Shown in pieces: positions 8,505-18,361 of a DNA stretch of 64,000 bases. Made by a program: the position numbers and the translations under genes. Positions within the stretch are counted from its first letter, which is position 1. The number at the start of each line of letters is the position of its first letter. This DNA is from Candidatus Limnocylindrales bacterium (lineage in GTDB: Bacteria; Patescibacteriota; Microgenomatia; Levybacterales; UBA12049), in the NCBI GenBank assembly GCA_035526025.1, contig DATLDE010000018.1:11292-75291 (forward strand). Reading direction: 5' to 3'. The notes under the pieces were generated by a model. That model saw only the letters and a program-made list of their open reading frames with translations. It did no database searches and had not been told where the DNA came from.

Positions 8505-8792
8505 TTAGGCGGATTTTAGAAGGTGTGCTTTTTTGATATCAGCCTTTTTCTGAAGATTTTCGGCAACTCTGTCTTCTCTGTCACTTTTTATCTTATCTCT
8601 TTTTGCTTTTTGTGCTGAAAGCTCTTTATCAACTACTTTTTGGCATTCTTTATCAGGACATACATTAAGTGTGCGAATTACTGAAATTGTATTACCTGAA
8701 AAAGTAACAGTTTTTTCTTTCCACTTTTTTGTCTGAATTCTTTCTTTTCCACATCTGGTGCAGGGGTTAGTGTACTTGTTATTCATTGCCAT
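8505..8792 (-). CDS. Small basic Zn-ribbon/coiled-coil hypothetical protein
   Basis: CTRC...CPDKEC then a charged helix. Confidence 0.7.
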   Translation of the reverse strand: MAMNNKYTNPCTRCGKERIQTKKWKEKTVTFSGNTISVIRTLNVCPDKECQKVVDKELSAQKAKRDKIKSDREDRVAENLQKKADIKKAHLLKSA

Positions 8793-8855
8793 ATGTTTAT
8801 GGGGAAATTATACCAAAAATAAGCTTAAAAGTCAAATAGTGGGGCTAGGATTTAG

Positions 8856-8926
8856 AGCGGGTGAAGGGAATCGGACCCTCGTATCAACTTTGGAAAAGTT
8901 GTGTTCTACCATTGAACTACACCCGC
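8856..8926 (-). tRNA. tRNA-Gly(TCC)
   Basis: GCGGGTG acceptor, loop TT-TCC-AA; T-loop reads GTCCGATTC. Confidence 0.88.
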
Positions 8927-9049
8927 ATTTAAGAGAGTTAAGTATAACAAAAATATGGTATTACCTCAAGTTCATAGCAAGCCTTACTTGCATACGAATG
9001 TTAATGGGATTAAAATCACAGAACAGGTGTTAATATCTGGTCATAATTT

Positions 9050-9670
9050 ATGAGTAAAATGCTTACAACGGACAACTATGAAAAAAACACTGTAGGTGCC
9101 TCTTTAAGGAAATTTTCTTTTTTACAACGATTTCTTATAGATAACTTCAATAAAATTCTTATTTCTGAAGTAAAAAAGTTAAAACCCTCAAGCATTCTTG
9201 ATGCAGGGTGCGGAGAAGGTTTTACATTGAAAAGACTTAAAGACGCAGGAATAGGCAAGAAATTGGAGGGATTTGACTATTTGGACCGCGCGGTGAAATT
9301 GGGAGCCAAACAGTATCCTGGGCTAAATATAAAAAAGGGTGATATCTATAAAATTAATAGCAAGGCCAATAGTTTTGATGTCGTGATCTGCAGTGAGGTT
9401 CTTGAGCATCTTGAGAGACCAGAGGATGCAATACGTGAGCTCATACGGGTTTCTAAGCGCTATTTGGTGCTATCTGTGCCACAAGAACCTTTATTTATGC
9501 TGGGAAATTTATTAAGAGGGAAAAATGTTAGAAGGTTTGGAAATGATATAGAGCATATAAATCACTGGAGTAACGGTTCATTTGTTAAATTTGTAAGCAA
9601 ACATCTGAAGGTAAAACAAAATATAACTCCCCTGCCATGGACATTACTCGTTGCAGAGAAAAAAATGTGA
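9050..9670 (+). CDS. Class I SAM-dependent methyltransferase
   Basis: ILDAGCGEG, FDVVICSEVLEH. Confidence 0.9.
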   Translation: MSKMLTTDNYEKNTVGASLRKFSFLQRFLIDNFNKILISEVKKLKPSSILDAGCGEGFTLKRLKDAGIGKKLEGFDYLDRAVKLGAKQYPGLNIKKGDIYKINSKANSFDVVICSEVLEHLERPEDAIRELIRVSKRYLVLSVPQEPLFMLGNLLRGKNVRRFGNDIEHINHWSNGSFVKFVSKHLKVKQNITPLPWTLLVAEKKM

Positions 9671-9674
9671 AATT

Positions 9675-10664
9675 TTAATTTTTGGACTCAAGACTTTTAA
9701 ACAAAACTACAATAAACGATATAAATGGAATAGCAAGTAGCGCCCCGGAAATGCCCATCAAATTTGTACCAATCATAATACCGAGAATTACAACAACCGG
9801 ATTTAAGCCTACTGCTTTTTGCATAACTTTAGGAACAAGAATCTGATTCTCCACAGCCTGAATCAAGACGTATAGTGTAACTACTGCCATTGCCTTGGTT
9901 GGAGAAATGGTAAGTGCGATAACAATAGCAGGAATAGATGAAAGTATAGGTCCGATTGTGGGAACAACTTCAAGTAAGCCGGCAAACAAAGCAAGTGGAA
10001 GTGCATAGGGAAGACCCAAGATAGTAAGACCTATCCAGGAAAACAAACCTATAAATACACAGAGTTGTATTTGCCCTCGAAGCCACGCGCCTAACTTAAA
10101 GTTAATCTGATCCAAAGTTACCAATGCTTTTTCACGAGCATCTTTATGAAACAGATTAGCTACAAATCTTTTAAATGTGTCTTCATACATCAAGAAATAA
10201 AGACTTACTACAGCAACTGTGATAATGGAAAACAGTCCCCCGAACACTTTTGTAGTTACATTAAATGCACTTTTGCCAAAAGTCTCAAATTCGGTACTGA
10301 TATATCTCTCGATTTGTTTAGGGTTGATAGAAACTCCAAATACATCAGCTGATCTGTCGATAAATTTGGGAAAATTTGTGACAAGAGACTGGATCTGATT
10401 TGCGACAAATGGGACAAGGGGGAGAATAAGAAGAAATATCGCAATAATTATCCCAAAATAGGGTATCAAAACTGCTACTACTTTATTTACCCCTCTTTTT
10501 CTAAGATATTCAACCATAGGGAGAACTGCTGCCATGATAATATATGAAAGAAAAATGGAAACAATTATTTCTCTTGTTTGAACAACAAACCAAATTGAGG
10601 CAATAATAAATAAGGCAAAAATCACCTGATTTTTTAATAAATACTTAATGAATTGATGAAACAT
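9675..10664 (-). CDS. AI-2E family transporter
   Basis: Multi-TM; WLRGQ, VPTIGP, ENQILVPKVM..AVGLNP, GALLAIP. Confidence 0.9.
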   Translation of the reverse strand: MFHQFIKYLLKNQVIFALFIIASIWFVVQTREIIVSIFLSYIIMAAVLPMVEYLRKRGVNKVVAVLIPYFGIIIAIFLLILPLVPFVANQIQSLVTNFPKFIDRSADVFGVSINPKQIERYISTEFETFGKSAFNVTTKVFGGLFSIITVAVVSLYFLMYEDTFKRFVANLFHKDAREKALVTLDQINFKLGAWLRGQIQLCVFIGLFSWIGLTILGLPYALPLALFAGLLEVVPTIGPILSSIPAIVIALTISPTKAMAVVTLYVLIQAVENQILVPKVMQKAVGLNPVVVILGIMIGTNLMGISGALLAIPFISFIVVLFKSLESKN

Positions 10665-10788
10665 GCTCTTACTTCAAACTATAATACATATACATTTTGA
10701 ATTCAATAAGAAGTATTTTAAAATTTAAATATATGTAAATTGCACAATGTCTGCTTAATTGATAAAATAGAGTTCTGCTTTGCATGAA

Positions 10789-10862
10789 GCGCCCATAGCT
10801 CAGCTGGATAGAGCACGTCGGTTCTAACGACATGGTCGGGGGTTCGAATCCCTCTGGGCGTA
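10789..10862 (+). tRNA. tRNA-Arg(TCT)
   Basis: GCGCCCA acceptor, AGCTCAGCTGGATAGAGC D-arm, loop GT-TCT-AA. Confidence 0.88.
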
Positions 10863-10874
10863 CTAATCCAAGAT

Positions 10875-11579
10875 ATGAACTCAAAGCTTATTAAATTCAT
10901 AAATGAAATACCTGGTTGGCTTAGTGAGAAGGAAGCTATATTTTTGTCACAAGTTGCTAAAAATAGCCAGAAATATAAGGGTGATATAGTTGAAATTGGA
11001 AGCTTTCATGGCAAATCAACAATTTGCCTAGCACAGGGAAAGGGAAAAGTGTATGCAATCGACCCACATAAAGGATATGTTGAAGCGAATAAGGTCTTTC
11101 CTTCCAGTTATACTAAATTTTTAAAAAGCATTAATGAAGCCCGAGTTAATAAAAAAATTGTTCCTCTTGTAATGAAATCCAAAACAGCCTCCAAAACATG
11201 GAAAAGGAAAATCAGATTACTTTTTATAGACGGCCTTCATGATGAGAAAAACGCTTTCCAGGACTATGAACTTTTCAACAATTATGTAATTGAAAACGGA
11301 ATAGTTGCAGTTCATGATAGTTTTCTGAGATGGTGCGGTTCAGAAAAAATGGCAATGAAAAAAATTGTAAATTCTTCAGAGTATTATAAGATTGGAATCG
11401 TAGGGTCAATTATTTATGGTGTTAAAGGTCAGGGTACTCTCTCAGATAAAATTATAAAATTAGCCTTGAGTGTGGCAATCAATACATTAGTTAAATTAAA
11501 TCACCTAAAACTAACAATCTTTAACCTGCCTGAGATACTAAAAACAAAAATTCTCCCTCGTTACAATATAGACCTATAG
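10875..11579 (+). CDS. SAM methyltransferase (Methyltransf_24-like)
   Basis: IPGWL, VEIGSFHGKST, LFIDGLH, VHD. Confidence 0.85.
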   Translation: MNSKLIKFINEIPGWLSEKEAIFLSQVAKNSQKYKGDIVEIGSFHGKSTICLAQGKGKVYAIDPHKGYVEANKVFPSSYTKFLKSINEARVNKKIVPLVMKSKTASKTWKRKIRLLFIDGLHDEKNAFQDYELFNNYVIENGIVAVHDSFLRWCGSEKMAMKKIVNSSEYYKIGIVGSIIYGVKGQGTLSDKIIKLALSVAINTLVKLNHLKLTIFNLPEILKTKILPRYNIDL

Positions 11580-11617
11580 TTGCAATATTCTCTGATTTTT
11601 GGTATACTGATTTAATT

Positions 11618-12166
11618 ATGCGCATTGCAGAAGTTAATCTTATCGTACATCCAGATTATGATGCTCTTTATAACGGGGACACATCAGCAACCTTGCACCC
11701 TTTGCAGAAGGGCTTAAGAGCTGCATGGTCCCAACGTACATCAGAGATAGCATTAAGAGAGAATTCATTATTAATTTATGTATCCGCACTACAAGCAAAA
11801 GACTTAAGAAAGCCACGCTCATACCTTAAAGGAATAAAGAAAGATGATGTGAGTAGAATATCGGATTGGAGAAAAATGCTAGGAGATAGATTAATCGTTT
11901 TTCCAAAAGAACCTTCTGTAACACGCACAGTGCTAGCAGATACTTTTAATCAAAGAGGGTATTCCTTGGATCAGGAAAATGCAATTTTAGTAGCTTACGG
12001 TGAATATGAGGAATTATGCGTTAAGGGTGAGAGTGAATTATTTCAAGATAGTCTGGGAATTCCAGATTCAAGAACATTTATAGACAGAAGACAATCATTA
12101 GCTTATTGTGATTATGATGCTGAAGCACAAATGATATCACCACGTAGACAGAAGGAATATGTCTAA
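11618..12166 (+). CDS. Hypothetical protein
   Basis: 182-aa ORF with its own -10 box (TATACT) 9 nt before ATG; IVHP and YGEY..LCV motifs. Confidence 0.7.
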   Translation: MRIAEVNLIVHPDYDALYNGDTSATLHPLQKGLRAAWSQRTSEIALRENSLLIYVSALQAKDLRKPRSYLKGIKKDDVSRISDWRKMLGDRLIVFPKEPSVTRTVLADTFNQRGYSLDQENAILVAYGEYEELCVKGESELFQDSLGIPDSRTFIDRRQSLAYCDYDAEAQMISPRRQKEYV

Positions 12167-12181
12167 TAAATTATTTTAATT

Positions 12182-13420
12182 ATGCTAATCAACAATATAC
12201 ATGTATCTAAAAGTAAAAACCTGATTCATTTGTCAGCCAATATTAAATTTAAGAACCAAAAAGCCGACCGAATGTATTTTTCTACGAGTAGCATAAATGC
12301 TTCTTTAATTTCTTATGACTACTCCCCTTTTCTGGCAAGTGTACTTTTGCCATGCATGAAAAAAGGTGAAGATATAGTTATTGACGGAACTGTCTCAAAA
12401 AAACTACTGGTAAATATTGAAAAGATTATGGATCTTGTCACCTCATGGGGCGTAGGGTTTAAACATATTAATATTCAATCAGGGATTACAAATCACGCTT
12501 ACTTAAAAAACAAAAGAACTTCTGCTGCTTTTTTCTCAGCAGGAGTTGACTCTTTTTATACGTATCTAAAACATAAAAAAACAAATAGTAAAATACAAAA
12601 TCTTATTCTTATCCACGGGTTTGATATACCTCTTGAAAATAAAAATCTATTTACAAAGACAAAAAAAATAGTTGAAAGTATTGCCCTTGAAGAAAAGATC
12701 AAAGCAATTTCTGTCACAACCAACGCCGGGGAAATTGTCGAAAAAGTGCTGATATGGGATCTTTCGCATGGAGGAGTTCTAGCTGCAGTTGGATTATTTT
12801 TGGGAAAAGGAATAGGAAGAGTCTATATCCCGGGGGGTTTGAAAAAAAGTGAACTATTTCCCTACGGAACATATCCCGAATTAGATAAACTATGGTCAAC
12901 TGAGAAAACCCAATTTTTGCATGATGGCACAGAGTACAATAGATTGGGAAAAATTATGCACGTTGTTTCTAAATCTGATTTGGCACTTAAGCACTTGAGA
13001 GTATGCACGCAAAATATAAAAGGTAACTATAATTGCTCGCGATGTTATAAATGTCTCATCACTATGATAGGGCTAGTCTGTTCCAATTCCCTGCAAAGTG
13101 CAAAAACTTTTAAAAAGCTTGATCTTAATAATGTTAAAAATATGTACTATGATTACAGGTTGAAATATAATCTACAAGGCGAGGCGAATTTAGAAATATT
13201 GAAAAAAGAAAATAGAGAACATGAATTGCAGGAAGCAATCAAATACAGTCTTGAGAATTCAAAAAAGCAAAAAATTCACAAAAAGTTATTTGAAGTAATC
13301 GCTTCATTTGATCAAAAATATAATGAAAGAAGACTATATAGATTTGTTTTTAAAATGAATAAAAAGCAGGATAGAAATTTGATCTTTAAAACACTTGGGA
13401 AGATAGGAGCGTTAAAATGA
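12182..13420 (+). CDS. Adenine-nucleotide alpha-hydrolase (PP-loop, QueC-like) protein with Cys cluster
   Basis: FSAGVDS PP-loop; VC...NCSRCYKC. Confidence 0.65.
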   Translation: MLINNIHVSKSKNLIHLSANIKFKNQKADRMYFSTSSINASLISYDYSPFLASVLLPCMKKGEDIVIDGTVSKKLLVNIEKIMDLVTSWGVGFKHINIQSGITNHAYLKNKRTSAAFFSAGVDSFYTYLKHKKTNSKIQNLILIHGFDIPLENKNLFTKTKKIVESIALEEKIKAISVTTNAGEIVEKVLIWDLSHGGVLAAVGLFLGKGIGRVYIPGGLKKSELFPYGTYPELDKLWSTEKTQFLHDGTEYNRLGKIMHVVSKSDLALKHLRVCTQNIKGNYNCSRCYKCLITMIGLVCSNSLQSAKTFKKLDLNNVKNMYYDYRLKYNLQGEANLEILKKENREHELQEAIKYSLENSKKQKIHKKLFEVIASFDQKYNERRLYRFVFKMNKKQDRNLIFKTLGKIGALK

Positions 13421-13968
13421 ATAGCTTGCTAGTAATGTTATTAACTATAGGAATAATACTTATTAAAATATTCTGGATTAATACAGAAATCAGATATTTC
13501 AAGAATAGATTGAACTTTGAGATGTTCAAAACAAATTTTATCGAACTTGTTATTCTGGTCTCACAAATTTTTGTAGTTTATTATTTTCCGCTTCCTAGAA
13601 CACCTTATGATTTTGTTATCTCGTCGCTTGGAATCATAATGTACGTATTAGGTATGGGATTTGCTGTATGGGCAAGAATTACTATGAATAAGGTGTGGGG
13701 CGTGCCTGGTGAATTCTCTCAAAATCAAACTCATTTCGTTACAACCGGCCCATTTCAGATCTCAAGAAATCCAATTTATCTAGGTTTTATATTTATTTAT
13801 TTTGGATTTGCTATAGCTATTAATAGCTGGCTGATTTTTCTAAGAATTCCACTGTTAATTTACTTTTATAAAGCAGCAAAAATTGAGGAAAAGATACTGG
13901 AGAAGAAATTTGGGAAAAAATACCTTACGTATAAATCTAAAACTCCCCGATTTTTACTTGGTGTCTAA
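13417..13968 (+). CDS. Isoprenylcysteine carboxyl methyltransferase (ICMT/PEMT) family membrane protein
   Basis: VTTGPFQISRNPIYLG, EEKIL..KFG..Y..Y...TPRF. Confidence 0.88.
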   Translation: MNSLLVMLLTIGIILIKIFWINTEIRYFKNRLNFEMFKTNFIELVILVSQIFVVYYFPLPRTPYDFVISSLGIIMYVLGMGFAVWARITMNKVWGVPGEFSQNQTHFVTTGPFQISRNPIYLGFIFIYFGFAIAINSWLIFLRIPLLIYFYKAAKIEEKILEKKFGKKYLTYKSKTPRFLLGV

Positions 13969-13970
13969 TT

Positions 13971-15317
13971 TTATTTAAAACGCTTTTTGATTTCAATTGT
14001 CAGAAACCAGGGAATTGTCATAGCTAAGATCAGGAGATCCAACCCAATTAATCTTGAGATAAGTAATTGTCTGCTATATAGTCTATACGCCCTGTCATAA
14101 GTTATGGTGCCATGAGCGATAAGAATATATAGAGGAGGTAACCATAGCTTGGGGAAAAACCTATTTAATATAGTATCTACTTTATCTTTGATAATAAAGT
14201 ATAATGATCTGCTTTTATCACGAAGTTCTATGAAGTTATCTCTTGCCAAGATCGCCAATGTATCTGTATCTATTTTTCGATTTTCCTCAAACTCTTTAAA
14301 TGCATGAGTTAAATTGTGGCTGTACTTTTTCATAAGCTCTGACACCATCAGACAATCCTCCATTGCTGCACATACTCCCTGGCCATAAAAAGGAATCACA
14401 CCGTGCGCCGCGTCCCCAATTAGTAAAATAAAATCTCTATAGTGCCAGGGATTGGTAAGAATTGTAGTAAATTTCCCAGTTGGTTTATTTAGAAATGAAT
14501 TAACTATTTCAGGGAGCAAAAATTTTAAGTCAGGAAAATTCTTAACTATATACTTTGTAACTATGTCTTTGCTCTTTAGAGTTTCAAAACTATTCTCACC
14601 CTTAAGTGGTAAATTTATCATCAGTGTATTTGATTTATCAGGATTTGGAAAAGCGATAAATAGCGAATTTCTGCGAGGCCATGTATGAGTGGCTGAAGAT
14701 TTTAGCTTTAACAATTTACTTTTTTGAGGGGTTACCTGAACCTCTTTATACCCCCAGTTTTCAAGGGCCAGGACATTTTTTTCATTCTTCTTGTTATTTA
14801 TTATCTTTCTAACAGTAGAATTAACTCCATCAGCACCGATTACAAGATCTGTTAATTTGGTGAACTTTCGTTTTGAAAGGATATTTCGTAACGTGATTTT
14901 TTTATTTGCTTTATCTATGTTCTCCAGTCGAGTATTAAAATTAATTTTTATATTGGAATTTTTTTCAACAATATCTAAAAGCTTACTGTTTAGAATATTA
15001 CGGTTTACAGTGTAGAGGACCTCAGTATCATTTGAGTCATATGGATCATATATATTCCGATTATCAAGATAATGCGCAACATTCCCTTTTGTCAGAACAG
15101 ATATTTTTTTAATATCTTTCCACAGGTCAATTTTCTGAAGAGCTATGATACCTCTTGTGTAAAGAGTGATGTTAAATGATCTGCCGGAGCTCTTTTTTTG
15201 TTTTCTGATATCTGACCTTGCTTCATAAATATCTATTTTATAATCTTCTTTTGCAAGACAAAGCGCCATCAGACACCCTGACATTCCAGACCCGATTATG
15301 GATATATGCTTTTTCAT
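13971..15317 (-). CDS. kmo: FAD-dependent monooxygenase, kynurenine 3-monooxygenase-like
   Basis: GSGMSG, GRSFNITL..RG, GADG, GYKE, HTWPR, GDAAH..PFYGQG, NFIELRD. Confidence 0.8.
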   Translation of the reverse strand: MKKHISIIGSGMSGCLMALCLAKEDYKIDIYEARSDIRKQKKSSGRSFNITLYTRGIIALQKIDLWKDIKKISVLTKGNVAHYLDNRNIYDPYDSNDTEVLYTVNRNILNSKLLDIVEKNSNIKINFNTRLENIDKANKKITLRNILSKRKFTKLTDLVIGADGVNSTVRKIINNKKNEKNVLALENWGYKEVQVTPQKSKLLKLKSSATHTWPRRNSLFIAFPNPDKSNTLMINLPLKGENSFETLKSKDIVTKYIVKNFPDLKFLLPEIVNSFLNKPTGKFTTILTNPWHYRDFILLIGDAAHGVIPFYGQGVCAAMEDCLMVSELMKKYSHNLTHAFKEFEENRKIDTDTLAILARDNFIELRDKSRSLYFIIKDKVDTILNRFFPKLWLPPLYILIAHGTITYDRAYRLYSRQLLISRLIGLDLLILAMTIPWFLTIEIKKRFK

Positions 15318-15385
15318 TCAGGATATAATTATATCATGTTACTATAGGTCTGTCAATTAATTAAAGTATAATTTATAATCCTTTT

Positions 15386-15754
15386 ATGAATGAGTTATTC
15401 AGGTTTACAGGAATAGTAATAAGAGGTAAAAACCGGGGAAAAGCTCTGGGTTTCCCGACAGCTAATACCGACATAAGTAAATCTGCAATGCCTGGGATAT
15501 ACATATCAAAAACTATTTACGACAAAAATGAATTTTCATCAATAACATTTATAGGCGAGGTTAAGACTTTTAATGAAAGTAATTTCGCAGCCGAAACATA
15601 TATACTTGATTTCAATCAGGATATATATGGTGAAGAAATTCAAGTTCATATTCTGAAAAAGCTACGTGATAATCAAAAATTTGAATCTGTTGAAAACCTG
15701 ATCCTCCAAATGAAAGAAGATGAAAAACAGACTAGAAAGTATTTCAGAGAATAA
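15386..15754 (+). CDS. Stand-alone riboflavin kinase
   Basis: G..RGKALGFPTAN, ETYILDF..DIYG, LR..KF. Confidence 0.9.
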   Translation: MNELFRFTGIVIRGKNRGKALGFPTANTDISKSAMPGIYISKTIYDKNEFSSITFIGEVKTFNESNFAAETYILDFNQDIYGEEIQVHILKKLRDNQKFESVENLILQMKEDEKQTRKYFRE

Positions 15755-15792
15755 AACAATAGTTATTAGTTATATTGTATAATACATAAAAT

Positions 15793-16458
15793 ATGTTCCC
15801 TTTATCTGATTCAATTAAAGCTAATCGCTTTCCATTTCTTAACTATATATTAATTGCGATAACTGTATTTGTTTTTATTCAACAATTGGGAAATCCGGAT
15901 GGAATTATTGCAAGCTATGCGCTCATTCCCGCAAAAGTGGTACTTGGTGATTTCACAACTTTTCTACCATTTATTACTGCGATTTTTCTTCACGGTGGAT
16001 TTTTACATATCATATCCAATATGTGGTTTTTAAAGGTATTTGGAGATAATGTAGAAGGGGTACTGAATCCGCTTGCTTTTTTGCTCTTATATTTTATCGC
16101 AGGAATTGCAGGAAATGTCGTGCAGTTTCTTTTCATGTCAAATAGCGCGATACCTATGCTTGGCGCATCAGGCGCAGTAGCCGGCATACTGGGATGTTAT
16201 TTGATACTTTTCCCACATGCAAAAATCAAAACACTTCTTTTTATTTTCTTTTTCGTAACTATCACAAGAATAAGTGCTACATTCATGCTTGGGTACTGGT
16301 TCCTTCTTCAAATTATCTCTGCAATCGGGTCAATTCCTGAAATGGGTAATCAAGGAGGAGTTGCATTTTTCGCTCATGTAGCAGGGTTTGTGGTAGGTAT
16401 CATATTTGGAAAGATCTACAAATCCAAAGCCCAGTCCTACGAGGTGCATTATGAGTAA
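15793..16458 (+). CDS. Rhomboid intramembrane serine protease
   Basis: FLHGG..H..NM, GASGA, AHVAG. Confidence 0.92.
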   Translation: MFPLSDSIKANRFPFLNYILIAITVFVFIQQLGNPDGIIASYALIPAKVVLGDFTTFLPFITAIFLHGGFLHIISNMWFLKVFGDNVEGVLNPLAFLLLYFIAGIAGNVVQFLFMSNSAIPMLGASGAVAGILGCYLILFPHAKIKTLLFIFFFVTITRISATFMLGYWFLLQIISAIGSIPEMGNQGGVAFFAHVAGFVVGIIFGKIYKSKAQSYEVHYE

Positions 16459-16668
16459 TGATCTGGAAAAAAACTTGATATTAATTGGATTAATTGTAGT
16501 TGGGATTGGTTTATTCATGACTTTTTTTCAAAAAGGAGGATCAATTCTTAAATTACCTGGAGATATTACGATCAAAAAAGAAAATTTCGCCTTTTATTTT
16601 CTCTAACAAGCTCTCTAATTATCAGTGTGGGTATTTCGGTAATATTTTACTTGTTTTTTAGAAAATAA
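16451..16668 (+). pseudogene. DUF2905-like membrane protein with a 1-nt frameshift
   Basis: LPGDI.IKKENF.FYF then stop at 16604-16606; the adjacent frame continues LTSSLIISVGISVIFYLFFRK*. Confidence 0.7.
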
Positions 16669-16672
16669 ATGT

Positions 16673-17182
16673 TTATGCGTCCACGAATTCATATAATTCA
16701 CTAAATGTTTGTGGAAGTCTTTCTGAGACATCATCATCAAAGTACTCTCCTGAGTCATCAACAAGGGCTAAATTCCCATCAAGGTATCGAGTAATGTTTC
16801 CTTCTTCGTTTATAAGATATGAAGTTGATCCGTTAAATATTGCAGGTTTATCGATTTGACCCTTAGAAGTTTTAGTAAGCTCCATTTCCATTTCCACGCT
16901 ATATGATTCAGTCAAATCTACGTCTATGTGATGTCTCCTTTTCTGCACAATTGCCATTTTATACCCTGAATTACCGACGTTGAATGTAATTCCCGCTGGG
17001 AGACTAATTCTTGTTCTTCTAGAATCCAAAGCTTCTTTTTCCCATAAATCGAACATAGTCGATCTAAAATCAGCATTTGAGAATACTTTCTGAAATGTGT
17101 TTACTATAACATCTCGTGCAACATTTCCAAACTCTGGGTTCAATGGCAACTCCCCATTTTTTCTTAGTTCTGTTCTGTTCAT
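16673..17182 (-). CDS. Hypothetical protein
   Basis: 169-aa ORF, no recognisable motif. Confidence 0.65.
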   Translation of the reverse strand: MNRTELRKNGELPLNPEFGNVARDVIVNTFQKVFSNADFRSTMFDLWEKEALDSRRTRISLPAGITFNVGNSGYKMAIVQKRRHHIDVDLTESYSVEMEMELTKTSKGQIDKPAIFNGSTSYLINEEGNITRYLDGNLALVDDSGEYFDDDVSERLPQTFSELYEFVDA

Positions 17183-17308
17183 ATGGATAAATTAATGCAA
17201 AAAGTCTAAGGGTAATGTCAGGTACAGATTATACATGAGACGGAGAAATTATGAAACCACTTTATTGCTAATGCAAAATAACAATATTCATATACAATTT
17301 TCAAGTAT

Positions 17309-17698
17309 TTACTTCAATTTTTTTAAAACCCCCTTGCGTTTAACGATATTTTTATAATCCCACTGAATCTCTCTGGCCTTTTTGAGCCAGCGGTGTAGAT
17401 CCTTAATATTTACTTGATCAATTTGTGTATATCGAACGTCCGCTGCTTTGAATGACCCCCCATTTTGAAGACCTGGCTCATCAAATGACTGACCACTCCA
17501 AAAAAGCAATCTGACGCTATCTCTTAACTTGCTATAACCGACAACTGGATTACCCTCCAAAAACCAGACCGGATGAGCATGCCAGATCTTGCTTTCTGCT
17601 TCAGGAAGAATAATGTTGATTTCTTTTTGCAGTAACTCACAAATTTCTTTGTCTGAATTACTTTGTAAATTATTGTATTCTTGTATATTTTTATTCAT
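17309..17698 (-). CDS. DUF1801 (YdhG-like) protein
   Basis: KIWHAHPVWF..GNPVVGY, LLFWSG. Confidence 0.85.
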   Translation of the reverse strand: MNKNIQEYNNLQSNSDKEICELLQKEINIILPEAESKIWHAHPVWFLEGNPVVGYSKLRDSVRLLFWSGQSFDEPGLQNGGSFKAADVRYTQIDQVNIKDLHRWLKKAREIQWDYKNIVKRKGVLKKLK

Positions 17699-18240
17699 GC
17701 CGCAAGAAGTGCCCAATTCTTCGAGACATATGGCTCGCTACATAGACTTCGATTAAAACAACATGGTCTTCTCATTCCGCGGTTGAGCTTATCAAGCATC
17801 ACATCAATGTGTTTCTGACGGGTTTCAGAAGTCTTAACGGCACGTATCCAGCGTATCCAATCCCACCTGGCACTGGGTGTAATGTCATTCCATAAATCTT
17901 GAGCTTTGGGTGATGAAGACAGTGCTTTTTTTACATCTTCGGGCACAACTGGCTCTATCCAATCCTTGGTCGATTGAAGTGAGACCTGTACGGTATCGCC
18001 TGCCCCGGCGTGAGCGTCCTTGAGCAACTTTTCATCAGGTCGGAACCAATGACTCGGCTTTAACCCTGGGCCGTACCTGCCATCAGGCTCGAGCAAAGCT
18101 TTAAAAGGAACTCCGTTAATTGTTCCCTTAACCATAGTCATACCACGGGACGGGAGCTGTGCGGAGGCGTCCTCAGGCAGCCAGAGGATAGTCCAGGAAT
18201 TTATTTTAAATAATTTTCCTGTGAAAGTGATTTTAGACAT
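17695..18240 (-). CDS. DUF1905 + YdeI/OmpD-associated domain protein
   Basis: LPSRG..VKGTING; VPED...L; WIRWI..K..ETR. Confidence 0.85.
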   Translation of the reverse strand: MSKITFTGKLFKINSWTILWLPEDASAQLPSRGMTMVKGTINGVPFKALLEPDGRYGPGLKPSHWFRPDEKLLKDAHAGAGDTVQVSLQSTKDWIEPVVPEDVKKALSSSPKAQDLWNDITPSARWDWIRWIRAVKTSETRQKHIDVMLDKLNRGMRRPCCFNRSLCSEPYVSKNWALLAA

Positions 18241-18361
18241 ATATTATAGTATTATATCATTCCACTATTAAATAAACCGTATTAAACTTATAGTATTGAC
18301 TTTTTAAAAATATTATGCTACAATCACCTCACAAAATTAGGTAAGAGTATAGCTAACAAAT

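Noticed and set aside
8163-10900. ORFs 8163-8348, 8758-9033, 10669-10884 and 10718-10900
   Set aside because: They overlap tRNA genes and are spurious translations
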